Counted from the first letter of the stretch, positions 27,734-38,053 are shown. The stretch is 64,000 nucleotides of DNA from a virus (IMGVR_UViG_3300032167_005013); one strand, 5' to 3'. Numbers and translations: made by a program. The notes: a model not told the origin generated them from the sequence alone.

Positions 27734-28189
27734 TTATTCATTATCGTCATCCCTCATATCAGGGTCATATCTTGACACGTTGTCCTTGAATTTTCTCCAC
27801 CGTTCATTTTCTTCAGATTCCTGTCGTTGACGCACAGCCGTTTTCCAAGCCTGATAATATTCCCATGCCTTTGGCTTCCAAAGAAAATTCCCATCAGCCC
27901 CTTTTAGATAGAATCCCGAGTTATCACGCTGAAGAAGGAGTTGGAAAAGCCATGCGAGGTAATACAGTCTGATTTTCGTGCCGTCAGGTTTTACCATCCA
28001 TCCACCCTGTTTATATTTTCCTTCTCGAAGCAACAATTTTATGAACTCAGGCTCGATTCCCCCGGGTATTGTATTGTTTGCCTTTACCGCAAGATTATCA
28101 AACGTTGAAAAACATTTATTGAAATAATCATAATCAACTTCCTCACCTTTCATTGTGAAGAATCTCATGGGTATTCTACTCTTTGCCAT
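27734..28189 (-). CDS. hypothetical protein
   Basis: 151-aa ORF. Confidence 0.7.
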   Translation of the reverse strand: MAKSRIPMRFFTMKGEEVDYDYFNKCFSTFDNLAVKANNTIPGGIEPEFIKLLLREGKYKQGGWMVKPDGTKIRLYYLAWLFQLLLQRDNSGFYLKGADGNFLWKPKAWEYYQAWKTAVRQRQESEENERWRKFKDNVSRYDPDMRDDDNE

Positions 28190-28194
28190 ATATC

Positions 28195-28632
28195 TTATAC
28201 AAATTGAACGATTTCGTTATTTTTCTCAACCATACTTTCCACCAACGACATGTCATAACCGAACTGCAACACAAAACGTGTTGACGGATATTCCTCAAGA
28301 GTTTCAATATTAACCCAACATAATGCAACAACGCCTTGAATTGCATGTTCCATTGAAAAACAGTTGGTATTCTGCAATGTTGTCAATTCATATTTAATCC
28401 CAATTCGTTTAACGACACTATAAGTGACTGAATCGGGCGTCAGGTCGCCACATGACGATGGATTCGGGTCATCCCAAAACAAAGCCCACACTTCATCAGG
28501 AAACTCCGAGAAAAGAAGGTCATATTCATAAATATCACCATCACTTTTTCCCACAGGGCGAACATAAACCAATTTCAAATTACCATTCGAGTCCATCCGA
28601 ATCCCCTCCAAGTTTTTCAATAAGGTTATCAA
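28195..28632 (-). CDS. hypothetical protein, tandem paralogue of 28580..29059
   Basis: Shared FSE.P..VW...W, CFSM, ALxW, FG motifs; true start may be downstream of 28632. Confidence 0.7.
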   Translation of the reverse strand: MITLLKNLEGIRMDSNGNLKLVYVRPVGKSDGDIYEYDLLFSEFPDEVWALFWDDPNPSSCGDLTPDSVTYSVVKRIGIKYELTTLQNTNCFSMEHAIQGVVALCWVNIETLEEYPSTRFVLQFGYDMSLVESMVEKNNEIVQFV

Positions 28633-29059
28633 TCATATCATCAGTTTCATCTACTTTCTCATAATTAAGATTCATTTCGTAGTTGAAAGACAATATTTTT
28701 CTCTCTACATATTCAAAATCCTCACCGAACTTGAACTTTGTTACCTGTTTTTCATCTTCAAACACCATACCACTGTCAATATCAAACCAACCAAGTGCGA
28801 TTATTTGGTCAATACAATCTTGCATGGAGAAACAAGAATTTTTCGTCACAAGATTAAGAGGCTTTTCAAAATGGCACTCATATATTTTGGATATTGCCGA
28901 CAAATCAGGCTTCACCTCAGGAATAATTGATGCTGGGCAAACATTCCAATAATCGCCCCACACAACCTCAGGAGTTTCTGAAAAATAGAAATAATATACA
29001 TATTTTTCATCCAAGTTTGTTCCAACATCAGCAATAAATACAAGATAATTTCTATTCAT
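28580..29059 (-). CDS. hypothetical protein, tandem paralogue of 28195..28632
   Basis: Shared motifs as above. Confidence 0.75.
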   Translation of the reverse strand: MNRNYLVFIADVGTNLDEKYVYYFYFSETPEVVWGDYWNVCPASIIPEVKPDLSAISKIYECHFEKPLNLVTKNSCFSMQDCIDQIIALGWFDIDSGMVFEDEKQVTKFKFGEDFEYVERKILSFNYEMNLNYEKVDETDDMIDNLIEKLGGDSDGLEW

Positions 29060-29060
29060 A

Positions 29061-30032
29061 TTATAATAAGAAAATTTTTTTATTAAGACTTTCATTCATT
29101 CTCGAACCAAAAAAACCCATTGCATTCCAAATACTGCGATTAATTACATATCTCATTTTTTTCACAGTATAGTCAAGAACAGAATAAAACCATTTCAAGG
29201 ATTTACCATATATATTTTCTAAATAACCACCAACAATCTCTTCATTATCTTCAATAGTTTTTTTCAAAACTTTAATCTTTTCAAAATCTTGATAAAAATC
29301 AAGAGTTTTTATATATTCATAAACCTCATTTTTGCTATTTGTATGGTTAATGATATTTCGATATATTTCCTGTTCAAAAGCGGTCTGTTCTGTTTTAAAG
29401 GAATAATAGACAACCTGATTTATTACGGTAAAAATTTCTTTCAATTTTTTATCATCAACACCTTCCGCATAGGCCTTACCTTGTCGTTGCCTATTTCGCA
29501 AATTATTTGTTTTATCGCTTTCATAAGAAGAAATGGAAAAGGCTCCATGTTTTAAATACGTCTGATATGCATGCTTAAGTTCATGTTCAATCAACCCTTC
29601 AAAGTCACTTCCAAATTTATTGAATCTAAAGTTCTCAACTGTCTTTGACAGGCCGAAAATTTTAAAAGTTAATACTCTTGGGTCGGGAGAAAAATGTATA
29701 TCATTCCCCTTTAATTTGGCTTTATTAGCATACCAAAACAATATTTCTTCATTATCTGCAACACACACATCCAAATCCACCCTAATACTGAATTCATTGA
29801 AAAATAATCTATTGTATTGACAAACGATTCTTCTTACCGTACCGGGAATTTCGGGGTTATAATAACCTCTATCTGAACACAGTCTATTTTCAATTCTCTC
29901 ATTAAGGTCATCAATAAATAAATCTGATTCCAATGAAACTAATTCTGATATACCATATGATTCTTTCAGGAGAGTCTTTTCAACCAGACTCCCCAAATCA
30001 TTTATATTTATATTAATAACATTGTCACACAT
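29061..30032 (-). CDS. HExxH putative metallopeptidase (member 2)
   Basis: HELKHAY, YYSFKTEQTA; N-terminal LLKESYGIS. Confidence 0.7.
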   Translation of the reverse strand: MCDNVINININDLGSLVEKTLLKESYGISELVSLESDLFIDDLNERIENRLCSDRGYYNPEIPGTVRRIVCQYNRLFFNEFSIRVDLDVCVADNEEILFWYANKAKLKGNDIHFSPDPRVLTFKIFGLSKTVENFRFNKFGSDFEGLIEHELKHAYQTYLKHGAFSISSYESDKTNNLRNRQRQGKAYAEGVDDKKLKEIFTVINQVVYYSFKTEQTAFEQEIYRNIINHTNSKNEVYEYIKTLDFYQDFEKIKVLKKTIEDNEEIVGGYLENIYGKSLKWFYSVLDYTVKKMRYVINRSIWNAMGFFGSRMNESLNKKIFLL

Positions 30033-30033
30033 A

Positions 30034-31032
30034 CTAATAAATACCAACTAAGTTCAGAGGATAAGTAAAAGTTGCCAACTGCCCCTCAGCCAAAAATACG
30101 AGGTCATGACTATTAATATCCTCTTCCCTTCCTTTCCAAATCTTATAGAACTGAGGATAGAAAATCTGAGAACATGATTTCAATGTCTCTTCTCCCGTAA
30201 GCAGATTTGTTCTTATATAACAATCCACAATAACGTCATTGTGATTTCTCGTTTCAATCCTGCCCACCTTAAACAGGTCTATATGAACATCAATATCAAA
30301 CTTTTCTTTTATCCGGGCCTTCCAATAGTCAAAAAGAGGTTGTGTGCCTACAGCAGGATTTTCAGAATTGACTTCAAATATCAATTCATCAGACTTAAAT
30401 GCAACCAACTTTGCGTCATATTCACTGGTAATGTTCATTATGTCTTCCATAAGAAAAGCATATATCTTTGACATAATGAATTTCTCAACAGTAATGGTTC
30501 TCTTTGGATTTAACTTACCGAAGATAACCTGCCTTGTATACTTCGAGGTTCTGAAATATTCAGATTCATAACCAATAAACTTATCAATGAACTCCTCATA
30601 AGTTTCAGCCTCAAGTACAATATCAGGATTAACAAATCTCAGGGCTTGAAAATTTGCCTTCTTAAGGTCAATCGAAATAAATGTCTTGCCAACTGACGAC
30701 TGATTATAAATGTTCATGTCAGGGAATGACCTCATTTCCTTAGGAACCTCCCATTCTTTCATATCACGAGAATTGAAATCCTTATATGCATCAAGATTCT
30801 CCAATGTCGTGATTATATCATCCCTGATTGCAGCATATTCTTCAAGCCACAAATTCAGGTTTCCTTGGAAACGATTATCAATATCCGCAAGCAATTCGTT
30901 ATATTCCTTCTTTGGAAACCAATCATATGTTTCCATATAATATTCAAAAAAGGGACTGTCAACCACATTAATGGGAAGATTATAATCCTTAACAAACCTT
31001 CTTCTAAATGATATTAAATTTCTATCAACCAT
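30034..31032 (-). CDS. hypothetical protein with polymerase-palm-like acidic motifs
   Basis: ISIDLKKANF, KYTRQVIFG, KSDELIF. Confidence 0.6.
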   Translation of the reverse strand: MVDRNLISFRRRFVKDYNLPINVVDSPFFEYYMETYDWFPKKEYNELLADIDNRFQGNLNLWLEEYAAIRDDIITTLENLDAYKDFNSRDMKEWEVPKEMRSFPDMNIYNQSSVGKTFISIDLKKANFQALRFVNPDIVLEAETYEEFIDKFIGYESEYFRTSKYTRQVIFGKLNPKRTITVEKFIMSKIYAFLMEDIMNITSEYDAKLVAFKSDELIFEVNSENPAVGTQPLFDYWKARIKEKFDIDVHIDLFKVGRIETRNHNDVIVDCYIRTNLLTGEETLKSCSQIFYPQFYKIWKGREEDINSHDLVFLAEGQLATFTYPLNLVGIY

Positions 31033-31057
31033 AAATTTTGTATTTTCCTTAATTTAC

Positions 31058-31076
31058 TGCAAATACCGTGCCAAAC
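31058..31076 (-). promoter_or_regulatory. sigma54-type -24/-12 box
   Basis: TTTGGCACGGTATTTGCA. Confidence 0.7.
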
Positions 31077-31915
31077 TACCTACCCAAACTCTTCAGATAT
31101 TTCATCTTATCTTTCGTCATCTCATTAATGGCAAAAAACATCTGCAGCGACAAATGAGGATGATAGATATTCAATTCAGGTGGCGAATCAGGATATCTCC
31201 TGACCTGTTTCTTGGTAACCCATTCTTCAAGGGACTTCGTCTGATAGTGTTTCAATATCGCCTCATCATATATATAAGGAGTATGGAACTCCATCGGCAC
31301 TTCATTTCCAACACTGTTGCAACATTTTGTTGCATTTGACGGAGTATGACTTCCATAACGTCGTTCAAATACGAGGGTTTCAAAACAGCCACGTCCTCTT
31401 ACAAATGACTTATGATGGTTATTCTCCGGAAAAGGATATTTAATCTCTTTCTTATAAGGCATGGTCTTGGTAAATCTTTCCTGTACAGGCTTCTTCTCAT
31501 AGCGAATCTTTCCGCTATCGGTATAGATTTTCCAATTTACATAAATGCATTGGAAACCATTGAACTTCTCCTGCTGTAGATACTCACTTACATTATCAAC
31601 CTTTTTCAGTTCAAGGAATTCATCAATGTCAAAAAATGCAAGCCAATCATATTCCGCATTGTATTTGTTATAACAATTAATATAAGCGGGCCATTGGTAG
31701 CATGTCTTGCCACGACAGTCCTCGACAATGACATAACCTTCTTCAATGTAATCACCAATCACATCTTCAAAACGTTCGCCATCAACATCATTGTTATCGT
31801 ATAACACTACATTGGTGAATCCTATTTTCTTATAGTGTCCCACCCATTCCCTGATATAATCATTTTCAAGTTTTGCGATTCCGCAAACCAATGTCTTTAT
31901 TCCTGTGGTTTCCAT
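31076..31915 (-). CDS. glycosyltransferase (GT2/GT92-like)
   Basis: IAKLENDYIREWVGHY..IGF, YDNN, FFDIDEF, HYQTKS. Confidence 0.85.
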   Translation of the reverse strand: METTGIKTLVCGIAKLENDYIREWVGHYKKIGFTNVVLYDNNDVDGERFEDVIGDYIEEGYVIVEDCRGKTCYQWPAYINCYNKYNAEYDWLAFFDIDEFLELKKVDNVSEYLQQEKFNGFQCIYVNWKIYTDSGKIRYEKKPVQERFTKTMPYKKEIKYPFPENNHHKSFVRGRGCFETLVFERRYGSHTPSNATKCCNSVGNEVPMEFHTPYIYDEAILKHYQTKSLEEWVTKKQVRRYPDSPPELNIYHPHLSLQMFFAINEMTKDKMKYLKSLGR

Positions 31916-32505
31916 TCCTCAATATCGTTTTCTTTCATGAATTCTCTTATCGTTGTGCCATCATCAATTGATACACCACCATCAAGCCATACATAGCATT
32001 TGATTTCAGGATATCGTTCAATAAAATTAGCAACAGTTTCTTTTACGCAATGAGAAAGAGCAATGCCACAAAAAACAACCTCACATTCAGCATATTTGCA
32101 ATTCTCAGTTGGAAAACTTGTTCGCAGTTTAATTGCATCAGCCCCATATTCTTCATATAAATAAACTTCTCCTTTAGAGATTACATTTTTATTTTGTATT
32201 CCAATACCTACCCAATTTTCAAGCCCTTCCCTTATAAATGGTATAAACTCCTTTGGTAATGATGCACCCTCAGTATATGCGACACAATGCATAGGCCATG
32301 TGCCCTCAACACCATTTTCATCTTTATTACCAATAAAACTACAATGATTAAAAGGATGCCAATCAACTGTAAAAATAACATCATCAAAATCAGGGATTAC
32401 CTTAGCAATCTTCTCAGGAAGAACTTCTCCTCCCTTTACATATAATGCACCATCAGGATGATAAAAGTCCTTCTGTACATCTACAACAACCAATACTTTC
32501 TTCAT
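31897..32505 (-). CDS. pncA: nicotinamidase/pyrazinamidase (isochorismatase family)
   Basis: VVDVQKDF..GAL, DWHP.NH.SF, WPMHCV, KG, GIALSHCV. Confidence 0.9.
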   Translation of the reverse strand: MKKVLVVVDVQKDFYHPDGALYVKGGEVLPEKIAKVIPDFDDVIFTVDWHPFNHCSFIGNKDENGVEGTWPMHCVAYTEGASLPKEFIPFIREGLENWVGIGIQNKNVISKGEVYLYEEYGADAIKLRTSFPTENCKYAECEVVFCGIALSHCVKETVANFIERYPEIKCYVWLDGGVSIDDGTTIREFMKENDIEEWKPQE

Positions 32506-32596
32506 ATTTTTATTTTTGGTACAAAGATAGGGAAATTAATAAATAAAACCAAATTTTTAGGAAACAATACACATGTTTACACAAATAGCACAAAAT

Positions 32597-32625
32597 AAAA
32601 GGCAGGTAATTTACCTGCCTTTTTC
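32597..32625 (-). terminator. intrinsic terminator
   Basis: aaaaggcaggtaa-t-ttacctgcctttt. Confidence 0.8.
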
Positions 32626-32627
32626 TT

Positions 32628-33074
32628 TTATTTCAACTTTAAACTGCTAAGAATCTTATCAATTGCAATTTCATCTTGTTTATCCTTTGAATAGAATTTC
32701 TCCAATTGATATGCTGAATCTTCAAGATGCCCAATTGCCTCCTTATAAGCAAGTTTCTTTAAAAGGTATTCGATATCCGAAAGCCAATCATCAACATGAA
32801 AACCTTGCATATTGAAAACATTGTCATAATCAGAAAAGGTTTCTTTCAGGAAAGGTAGTTTCTCAGTAACGACTGTCTTGAACTCACGATACTGATAAAC
32901 CTTATGATAACACTGAAGCAATTCTCCCAACGACAATGTCTTAATGTTCTTGTCATCAAATCTGCAATTAGTCTTGAATTTATAGAATTCTGCAGGTTTG
33001 AAACTGACAAATTCTTTCTTCTTTTCTTCAATTTCTTTCAGCGCATTGCTGATTACCAAGTCTTTGTTTTCCAT
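32628..33074 (-). CDS. hypothetical protein
   Basis: 148-aa ORF; FKTNC...GF.VDDWLSDI motifs. Confidence 0.75.
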   Translation of the reverse strand: MENKDLVISNALKEIEEKKKEFVSFKPAEFYKFKTNCRFDDKNIKTLSLGELLQCYHKVYQYREFKTVVTEKLPFLKETFSDYDNVFNMQGFHVDDWLSDIEYLLKKLAYKEAIGHLEDSAYQLEKFYSKDKQDEIAIDKILSSLKLK

Positions 33075-33297
33075 ATTTTTTAAATTTTATTTTTTATTCT
33101 ATATATTCCTCTTCCATTTTGGATTTGATTTCCGCTGCTATGTGTCTATTGACACTAATAGTTTCACCGTTATTGAAATGTACATACCAAAGATTATCAT
33201 CTCCTTCTTCAAGAAAACAGATACTACTTATGGGAAAGAAAAAATATCCTACATTAATCATATAAACTTCTTTTTAAATAATCATATAAATTTCTTT

Positions 33298-34620
33298 TTA
33301 AATGTTTTCAGGTAGCGGGGCATTTTCATTAAAACTCAATTCAGCATGAGAAATGCTTCCATTGCTTATTTTTTTCACAAACTCTCCCTTTGAATTTAAG
33401 AAACCCCCAACGTTATAGATATCATAAGAAGTCCCGCAACACATGTACTTCCAATCATCTTTTGTTAAGTTAATGGCCGGATACTCAAATCGGTTATGCT
33501 GCACTTCTTCTCTCCTGAATCTCCCATCTTTGAATGTTAAGTATGCAACTACAGTGAAATGTATTTCAATCTGTTTTCCCTTTTCAAACTCAGCCGTAAG
33601 TTTTTCTTTCGCTTCATAATCCATGAATCCCCATTTATTGGCCGAATGTTTGTTAAGCCATTCGCTTAATAAATAACCCTGATATTTGTATTGCTTTGTA
33701 CCCTTTATACATGTAATATGTTCATCTCCGGGCTTCTGTAAAAGAAGACTCATACCCCATGAATAATTGGAATCGTCAGTTTCCACGTATTTAATCCATT
33801 CGTCAAGGCCGCCTTTCAATGTAAGGGTTTTCAAATCACTTCCTTTATAGGCTGCAGTCGTTTTATAGTTTTCGACATAAGTTGCAATATCGTCTGCTGT
33901 AATGGCGTGTTCCTCAATGAGATAATCAAGTTTATCGGTTGTTTTATAACCCACAAACTTTTTGTTTTCAACATCAACAAACGTACTCATCTTGACTAAA
34001 CGTATCTGTTCATAAGTAGGTTTCGACCACCTGTTAGGGGAATATGCGTTCTTATCTTCCTTTTCCTCCCATAAATACCATTCCATCTTACCAATATAAA
34101 TAAGATATGGATATTCTTTTGACTTATAAGCAGCACCAAGTTTAAGGTCTCTCACAATTATCTTCTCCTTACGGTCCTGAAGTTCAGTGGAAAGCCTATA
34201 ATCTTCAGAACAAACAGGAAGAAGAATCAATTCAGGCCCCTCCCATGCGTAAACAAACTCACCTTCAAGACCCTTTCCTTTTGTGGAAGTGCATTCCTGC
34301 AATATGAAAAGAAGATTTTCGAGAGTGATTTCTATTTCAAATCCACGAGGGTCATAAACTCGGCATTTTGTTTCCCTATAATTCCAACCTGATTTATAAC
34401 CCCCCACACGTTTATTAAGAACAAAACCCTCAGTAGGTTTGTTTTCAAACTCACCAATACCAAGTTCCTTGGTTCTCCAATGTTCCCATGACGTATGTTT
34501 AGCAATTTTATTCTTTTTATCAAGATAAGTCACATAAGCCAATTTTCCTGAATATGTGTTTTCTCTCTTCTGATATCCAACCCTCAATTCCTGAGGAATA
34601 TTCAATCTCTCATTTGCCAT
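33298..34620 (-). CDS. hypothetical phage protein
   Basis: 440-aa ORF; KLAYVTY...SWEHWR...RVYDPRGFEIEIT.ENL motifs. Confidence 0.8.
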   Translation of the reverse strand: MANERLNIPQELRVGYQKRENTYSGKLAYVTYLDKKNKIAKHTSWEHWRTKELGIGEFENKPTEGFVLNKRVGGYKSGWNYRETKCRVYDPRGFEIEITLENLLFILQECTSTKGKGLEGEFVYAWEGPELILLPVCSEDYRLSTELQDRKEKIIVRDLKLGAAYKSKEYPYLIYIGKMEWYLWEEKEDKNAYSPNRWSKPTYEQIRLVKMSTFVDVENKKFVGYKTTDKLDYLIEEHAITADDIATYVENYKTTAAYKGSDLKTLTLKGGLDEWIKYVETDDSNYSWGMSLLLQKPGDEHITCIKGTKQYKYQGYLLSEWLNKHSANKWGFMDYEAKEKLTAEFEKGKQIEIHFTVVAYLTFKDGRFRREEVQHNRFEYPAINLTKDDWKYMCCGTSYDIYNVGGFLNSKGEFVKKISNGSISHAELSFNENAPLPENI

Positions 34621-35137
34621 ATTTTTCTAATGTTTCCGTTTCTATTTTTATTACTTCTCTTACCCATGTGAGGCATTTGCCCAAAAGATTCTGTCCAAGC
34701 CAATTTTTCTCATCATCAATCATCTGGTCATCCTCACCTAAACCAACACCCCACACTTTATCATATGGTGACGCTTCGACAAATGTCTTTCCATCAAACT
34801 CAGGATTAAGAAGAAAATCCCGTAATTCTTTATTATAAACGAATTTTTTGTATAATGCACTTTTCATCACATTTTCCTTCACAAGATTCCAAGTATCCTC
34901 ATTAAATCCTTTCACTTTCCTACCCAATTTCTTGGCCTCCTTAGGTGTTTCCGCATCAAGAATCAATTTAGCAGTTTCATCATCACCAAACATTATTGCT
35001 TTCCACCACATGAAAAACTGTTCACTTGTAGTGAATTTATACCAACAATTATCAACGCCAAAAAATGTTATATTGCAAGGATAGAAATTAGATAACTCCC
35101 CACCCCAAAAGAAAACATACTTATCAGTTACTCTCAT
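34610..35137 (-). CDS. NADAR (YbiA-like) family protein
   Basis: SNFYP, SEQFFMWWKA..FGD, KKLGRKV, EASPYDKVWGVG, GQNLLGK. Confidence 0.92.
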   Translation of the reverse strand: MRVTDKYVFFWGGELSNFYPCNITFFGVDNCWYKFTTSEQFFMWWKAIMFGDDETAKLILDAETPKEAKKLGRKVKGFNEDTWNLVKENVMKSALYKKFVYNKELRDFLLNPEFDGKTFVEASPYDKVWGVGLGEDDQMIDDEKNWLGQNLLGKCLTWVREVIKIETETLEKYGK

Positions 35138-36101
35138 ATTTTTTAATTAAATTGTTATCATCAATAATTGAAACTTCACCATATTTCTCATAGACATCAT
35201 ATGCTATTTTGGCTACAGTTCTCTTAAGTTTTTTCCACTGTTTGTTGTAACGTTTCTCTATTTCACTAAGAATATCATACGCCTTTCCCTTCTTTCCTGT
35301 TGCATTGTACCAAGCCTGTTCAATAATCTTAGCATTTGATGTATCAAATGTTTTCCACAGATAATCAAGATTCATGCCATTAACAATATAATTCTGATAA
35401 ACAACCGTATTTTTTATGATTTCAAAAGCATCTGCAGATGCTTTAATTTTGTCAACATTAGATTTCAATGCACCATATATTGAACCAATATAAGCACGTA
35501 GTTCAAAATTGGTTGTGAAATAAACAAGATTTGATATCGCACGTTCAGCATCAACAGTAGAGTAATATCTATCTACATTCTTATCATAGTTGATTTTACG
35601 TGCATAATCAAACAGGGATTCGGCACCATTTTTTTTACGTTTAAACTCCTCATAGGCATGAGTCAATTCATGCGCGAAAATCGCAGATGTATGTTCTTCA
35701 ATTTGATGGACTCCAGTAAATATAATGAACTCTCCTCTCAATAACGGAATTTTACCATCCACCAATTCACTGGCCATACCTGTAAATACACCTTTGACAT
35801 TAGACTTATCACTGACACAATAATTGATTTTTATATTAACATCTTTGAAAAAACATCCTTCAATATCTTTCCATATATTATCAGTCAAAACAGTTGTCTG
35901 TTTTTTGTCAGTGAAATTAAGCGTATTGATGAAATCAAGAAAAGCATCAATGTAATAATCCATGTTAGGTATTATACCATGTTTCTCACATAACAGATTT
36001 TTATTTTCCGTTAAATAATATGATGGTACAATTTTTCTACCATAATAAAATTCTATGAACAGCGATTTCTTAATCTCTTCATTTAATATTTTTCTAATCA
36101 T
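35124..36101 (-). CDS. HExxH putative metallopeptidase (member 3)
   Basis: HELTHAY, YFTTNFELRA; N-terminal ILNEE/LTE/LCEKHG. Confidence 0.72.
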   Translation of the reverse strand: MIRKILNEEIKKSLFIEFYYGRKIVPSYYLTENKNLLCEKHGIIPNMDYYIDAFLDFINTLNFTDKKQTTVLTDNIWKDIEGCFFKDVNIKINYCVSDKSNVKGVFTGMASELVDGKIPLLRGEFIIFTGVHQIEEHTSAIFAHELTHAYEEFKRKKNGAESLFDYARKINYDKNVDRYYSTVDAERAISNLVYFTTNFELRAYIGSIYGALKSNVDKIKASADAFEIIKNTVVYQNYIVNGMNLDYLWKTFDTSNAKIIEQAWYNATGKKGKAYDILSEIEKRYNKQWKKLKRTVAKIAYDVYEKYGEVSIIDDNNLIKKYESN

Positions 36102-36954
36102 AGTCTTCAATTGTTTCGTCACTTAAATTTATTAACAGGTTTTCATTTGTTTCTGCAATATCTTTTTTTAACAAATAAAGTAATCTACCAAATGCTTTTG
36201 TATATTCGCTAACAACCCTGTTTGCAATTTTCAAATATGAATCAATCGTTTTGTTAAACGGTTTCAACGCTCTCACTATCCTTTCATGTTGGTTCCTATC
36301 CTCAATAACCTGTTTAATTGCATTAATGTTTTTATATACTGCTGTATTCTTGATTTCTTCCAAAGGATTCAATACATGGCCATTAATGTTCTTTCCCATT
36401 ACATCACCATAAATCCCATTAATCAACGCATTCTTTTCCACACGAGCATAATAATAATATGTACACCCAATTATTTTTTCAATGAAATCAGAACTATGCA
36501 TCAACTGCATAAATGCCTGATATTGTTGATTCTGTTTTGTATTCAATAACGGTTTGCCTTTCTTATATAATTGGAACAAATGTTCTATCTCATGCTGAAT
36601 TGTTCTGTTATGCTTCTCCCACAATATTCTATCCCCATGTCCAACTAAGTAAAACGTTAATTCATATTTTTCTATGTTTGATGTGGAGTTAAATCTTCTT
36701 AAATAATAGGATACCACATTTTTATCAGCATCATCAACAACATAATATATCACATTTATAACAATGTCTTTCCATTTTACATTCAAATCTCCATGAAATG
36801 CTTTATATGGGAAGTTATTGTTTAGAGCATAAAATCGAGTTTTATTTTTATAATTTTTAGAAAAATTATCTCCTATCGAGCTCTTAATTTTCACAACAAG
36901 TTGTTTAACATCATTGGAAATCCCAAGTTCCTCATTAATTATCTGTTTTTCCAT
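36094..36954 (-). CDS. HExxH putative metallopeptidase (member 4)
   Basis: HEIEHLF, YYARVEKNA; N-terminal IINEELGIS. Confidence 0.7.
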   Translation of the reverse strand: MEKQIINEELGISNDVKQLVVKIKSSIGDNFSKNYKNKTRFYALNNNFPYKAFHGDLNVKWKDIVINVIYYVVDDADKNVVSYYLRRFNSTSNIEKYELTFYLVGHGDRILWEKHNRTIQHEIEHLFQLYKKGKPLLNTKQNQQYQAFMQLMHSSDFIEKIIGCTYYYYARVEKNALINGIYGDVMGKNINGHVLNPLEEIKNTAVYKNINAIKQVIEDRNQHERIVRALKPFNKTIDSYLKIANRVVSEYTKAFGRLLYLLKKDIAETNENLLINLSDETIEDYD

Positions 36955-37201
36955 TTTTCAACCTCTCCATATCTTTTAGAACAATCTCTTCACAATCAAC
37001 AAGCATATTATATATTTTCTCCTTATCCTTAATATTATTCTCAGGAAGAATTTCAAGGCAATAATCAATCTCTCTTAACAATTCTTCACAATCCTCTACA
37101 GTAAGCAATTCATCTGATGATATCAAAGACACAAGATACAGGTATAGAAGACCTTCTTTTTCAAGGCCTTCCATCCATTTATTCTTATCAATATTACCCA
37201 T
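36935..37201 (-). CDS. hypothetical protein
   Basis: 88-aa ORF in operon. Confidence 0.65.
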   Translation of the reverse strand: MGNIDKNKWMEGLEKEGLLYLYLVSLISSDELLTVEDCEELLREIDYCLEILPENNIKDKEKIYNMLVDCEEIVLKDMERLKNGKTDN

Positions 37202-37202
37202 A

Positions 37203-37595
37203 TTAACGGTTTTTAATTAAGTCAGGATTATCATGGATATTTCCCACAACAGTCGCCCATTCATGAGTTGGAGCATTTATTGGGCACTCATCATCAAGGT
37301 CTCCATCCCATAAGAAAGCAAACACACCTCGGACAAAACGTACCTCCAATAAAGATTCCGTAGTAGGTTCACCATCACCCCATAGAAAAGCAATTACATC
37401 ACCCTCAAATATCTCGTTATGATTCTTATCGTAAAGGCTCGTAAACTCTCCAATTGTTTCAGGGTCAACTTCTTCTTGGAATCCTTCTTTATCCCACATA
37501 AAATATCCAACGCCCTCTTTTGCCGGTACCTGCAGGTTCCCATACAGCCATTCACCCGTTCTCTTGCATTTTCCTCTGAATTTAATTTTTCTCAT
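37203..37595 (-). CDS. YopX family protein
   Basis: MRKIKFRGK, TIGEFT.L.DKN..EIFEGD, VVGNIHDNPDL. Confidence 0.9.
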   Translation of the reverse strand: MRKIKFRGKCKRTGEWLYGNLQVPAKEGVGYFMWDKEGFQEEVDPETIGEFTSLYDKNHNEIFEGDVIAFLWGDGEPTTESLLEVRFVRGVFAFLWDGDLDDECPINAPTHEWATVVGNIHDNPDLIKNR

Positions 37596-37624
37596 ATCTT
37601 ATTATTGCCAAAAAATTACTAAAT

Positions 37625-38053
37625 TTATCTTCCTGTTGAACCAAAACCACCTTCTCCTCGTTCCGTTTCATCAAGAACTGCAACCTCATCCCATTCTACC
37701 TTTTCATAACGTGCAACTACCAACTGTGCAATTCTTTCACCAGGCTTAATTACAAAATCATTATCTGAAAAATTGAACAGTTTTACACCAATAGGACCCC
37801 GATAATCAGCATCAATTGTGCCAACATGCGACACAATATCATATTTAAATGCCAAACCACTTCTTCCCCTTACTTGTGCTTCACAACCCTCAGGTAATTG
37901 AATATGAATGTTTGTTGGAACCACAATACTCCCTCTTGCTTTAAGAACCATAGGTTCAAGAATATCTGCTTTCAAATCCATACCCGCAGCACCGGGAGTT
38001 GCATACTCAGGAAGTCTATGATTAGACTTATTTACAATCTTTACTTTTACCAT
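37625..38053 (-). CDS. dut: dUTP diphosphatase
   Basis: AAGMDL, RSGLA, GTIDADYRG, RIAQLV, RGEGGFGSTG. Confidence 0.96.
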   Translation of the reverse strand: MVKVKIVNKSNHRLPEYATPGAAGMDLKADILEPMVLKARGSIVVPTNIHIQLPEGCEAQVRGRSGLAFKYDIVSHVGTIDADYRGPIGVKLFNFSDNDFVIKPGERIAQLVVARYEKVEWDEVAVLDETERGEGGFGSTGR

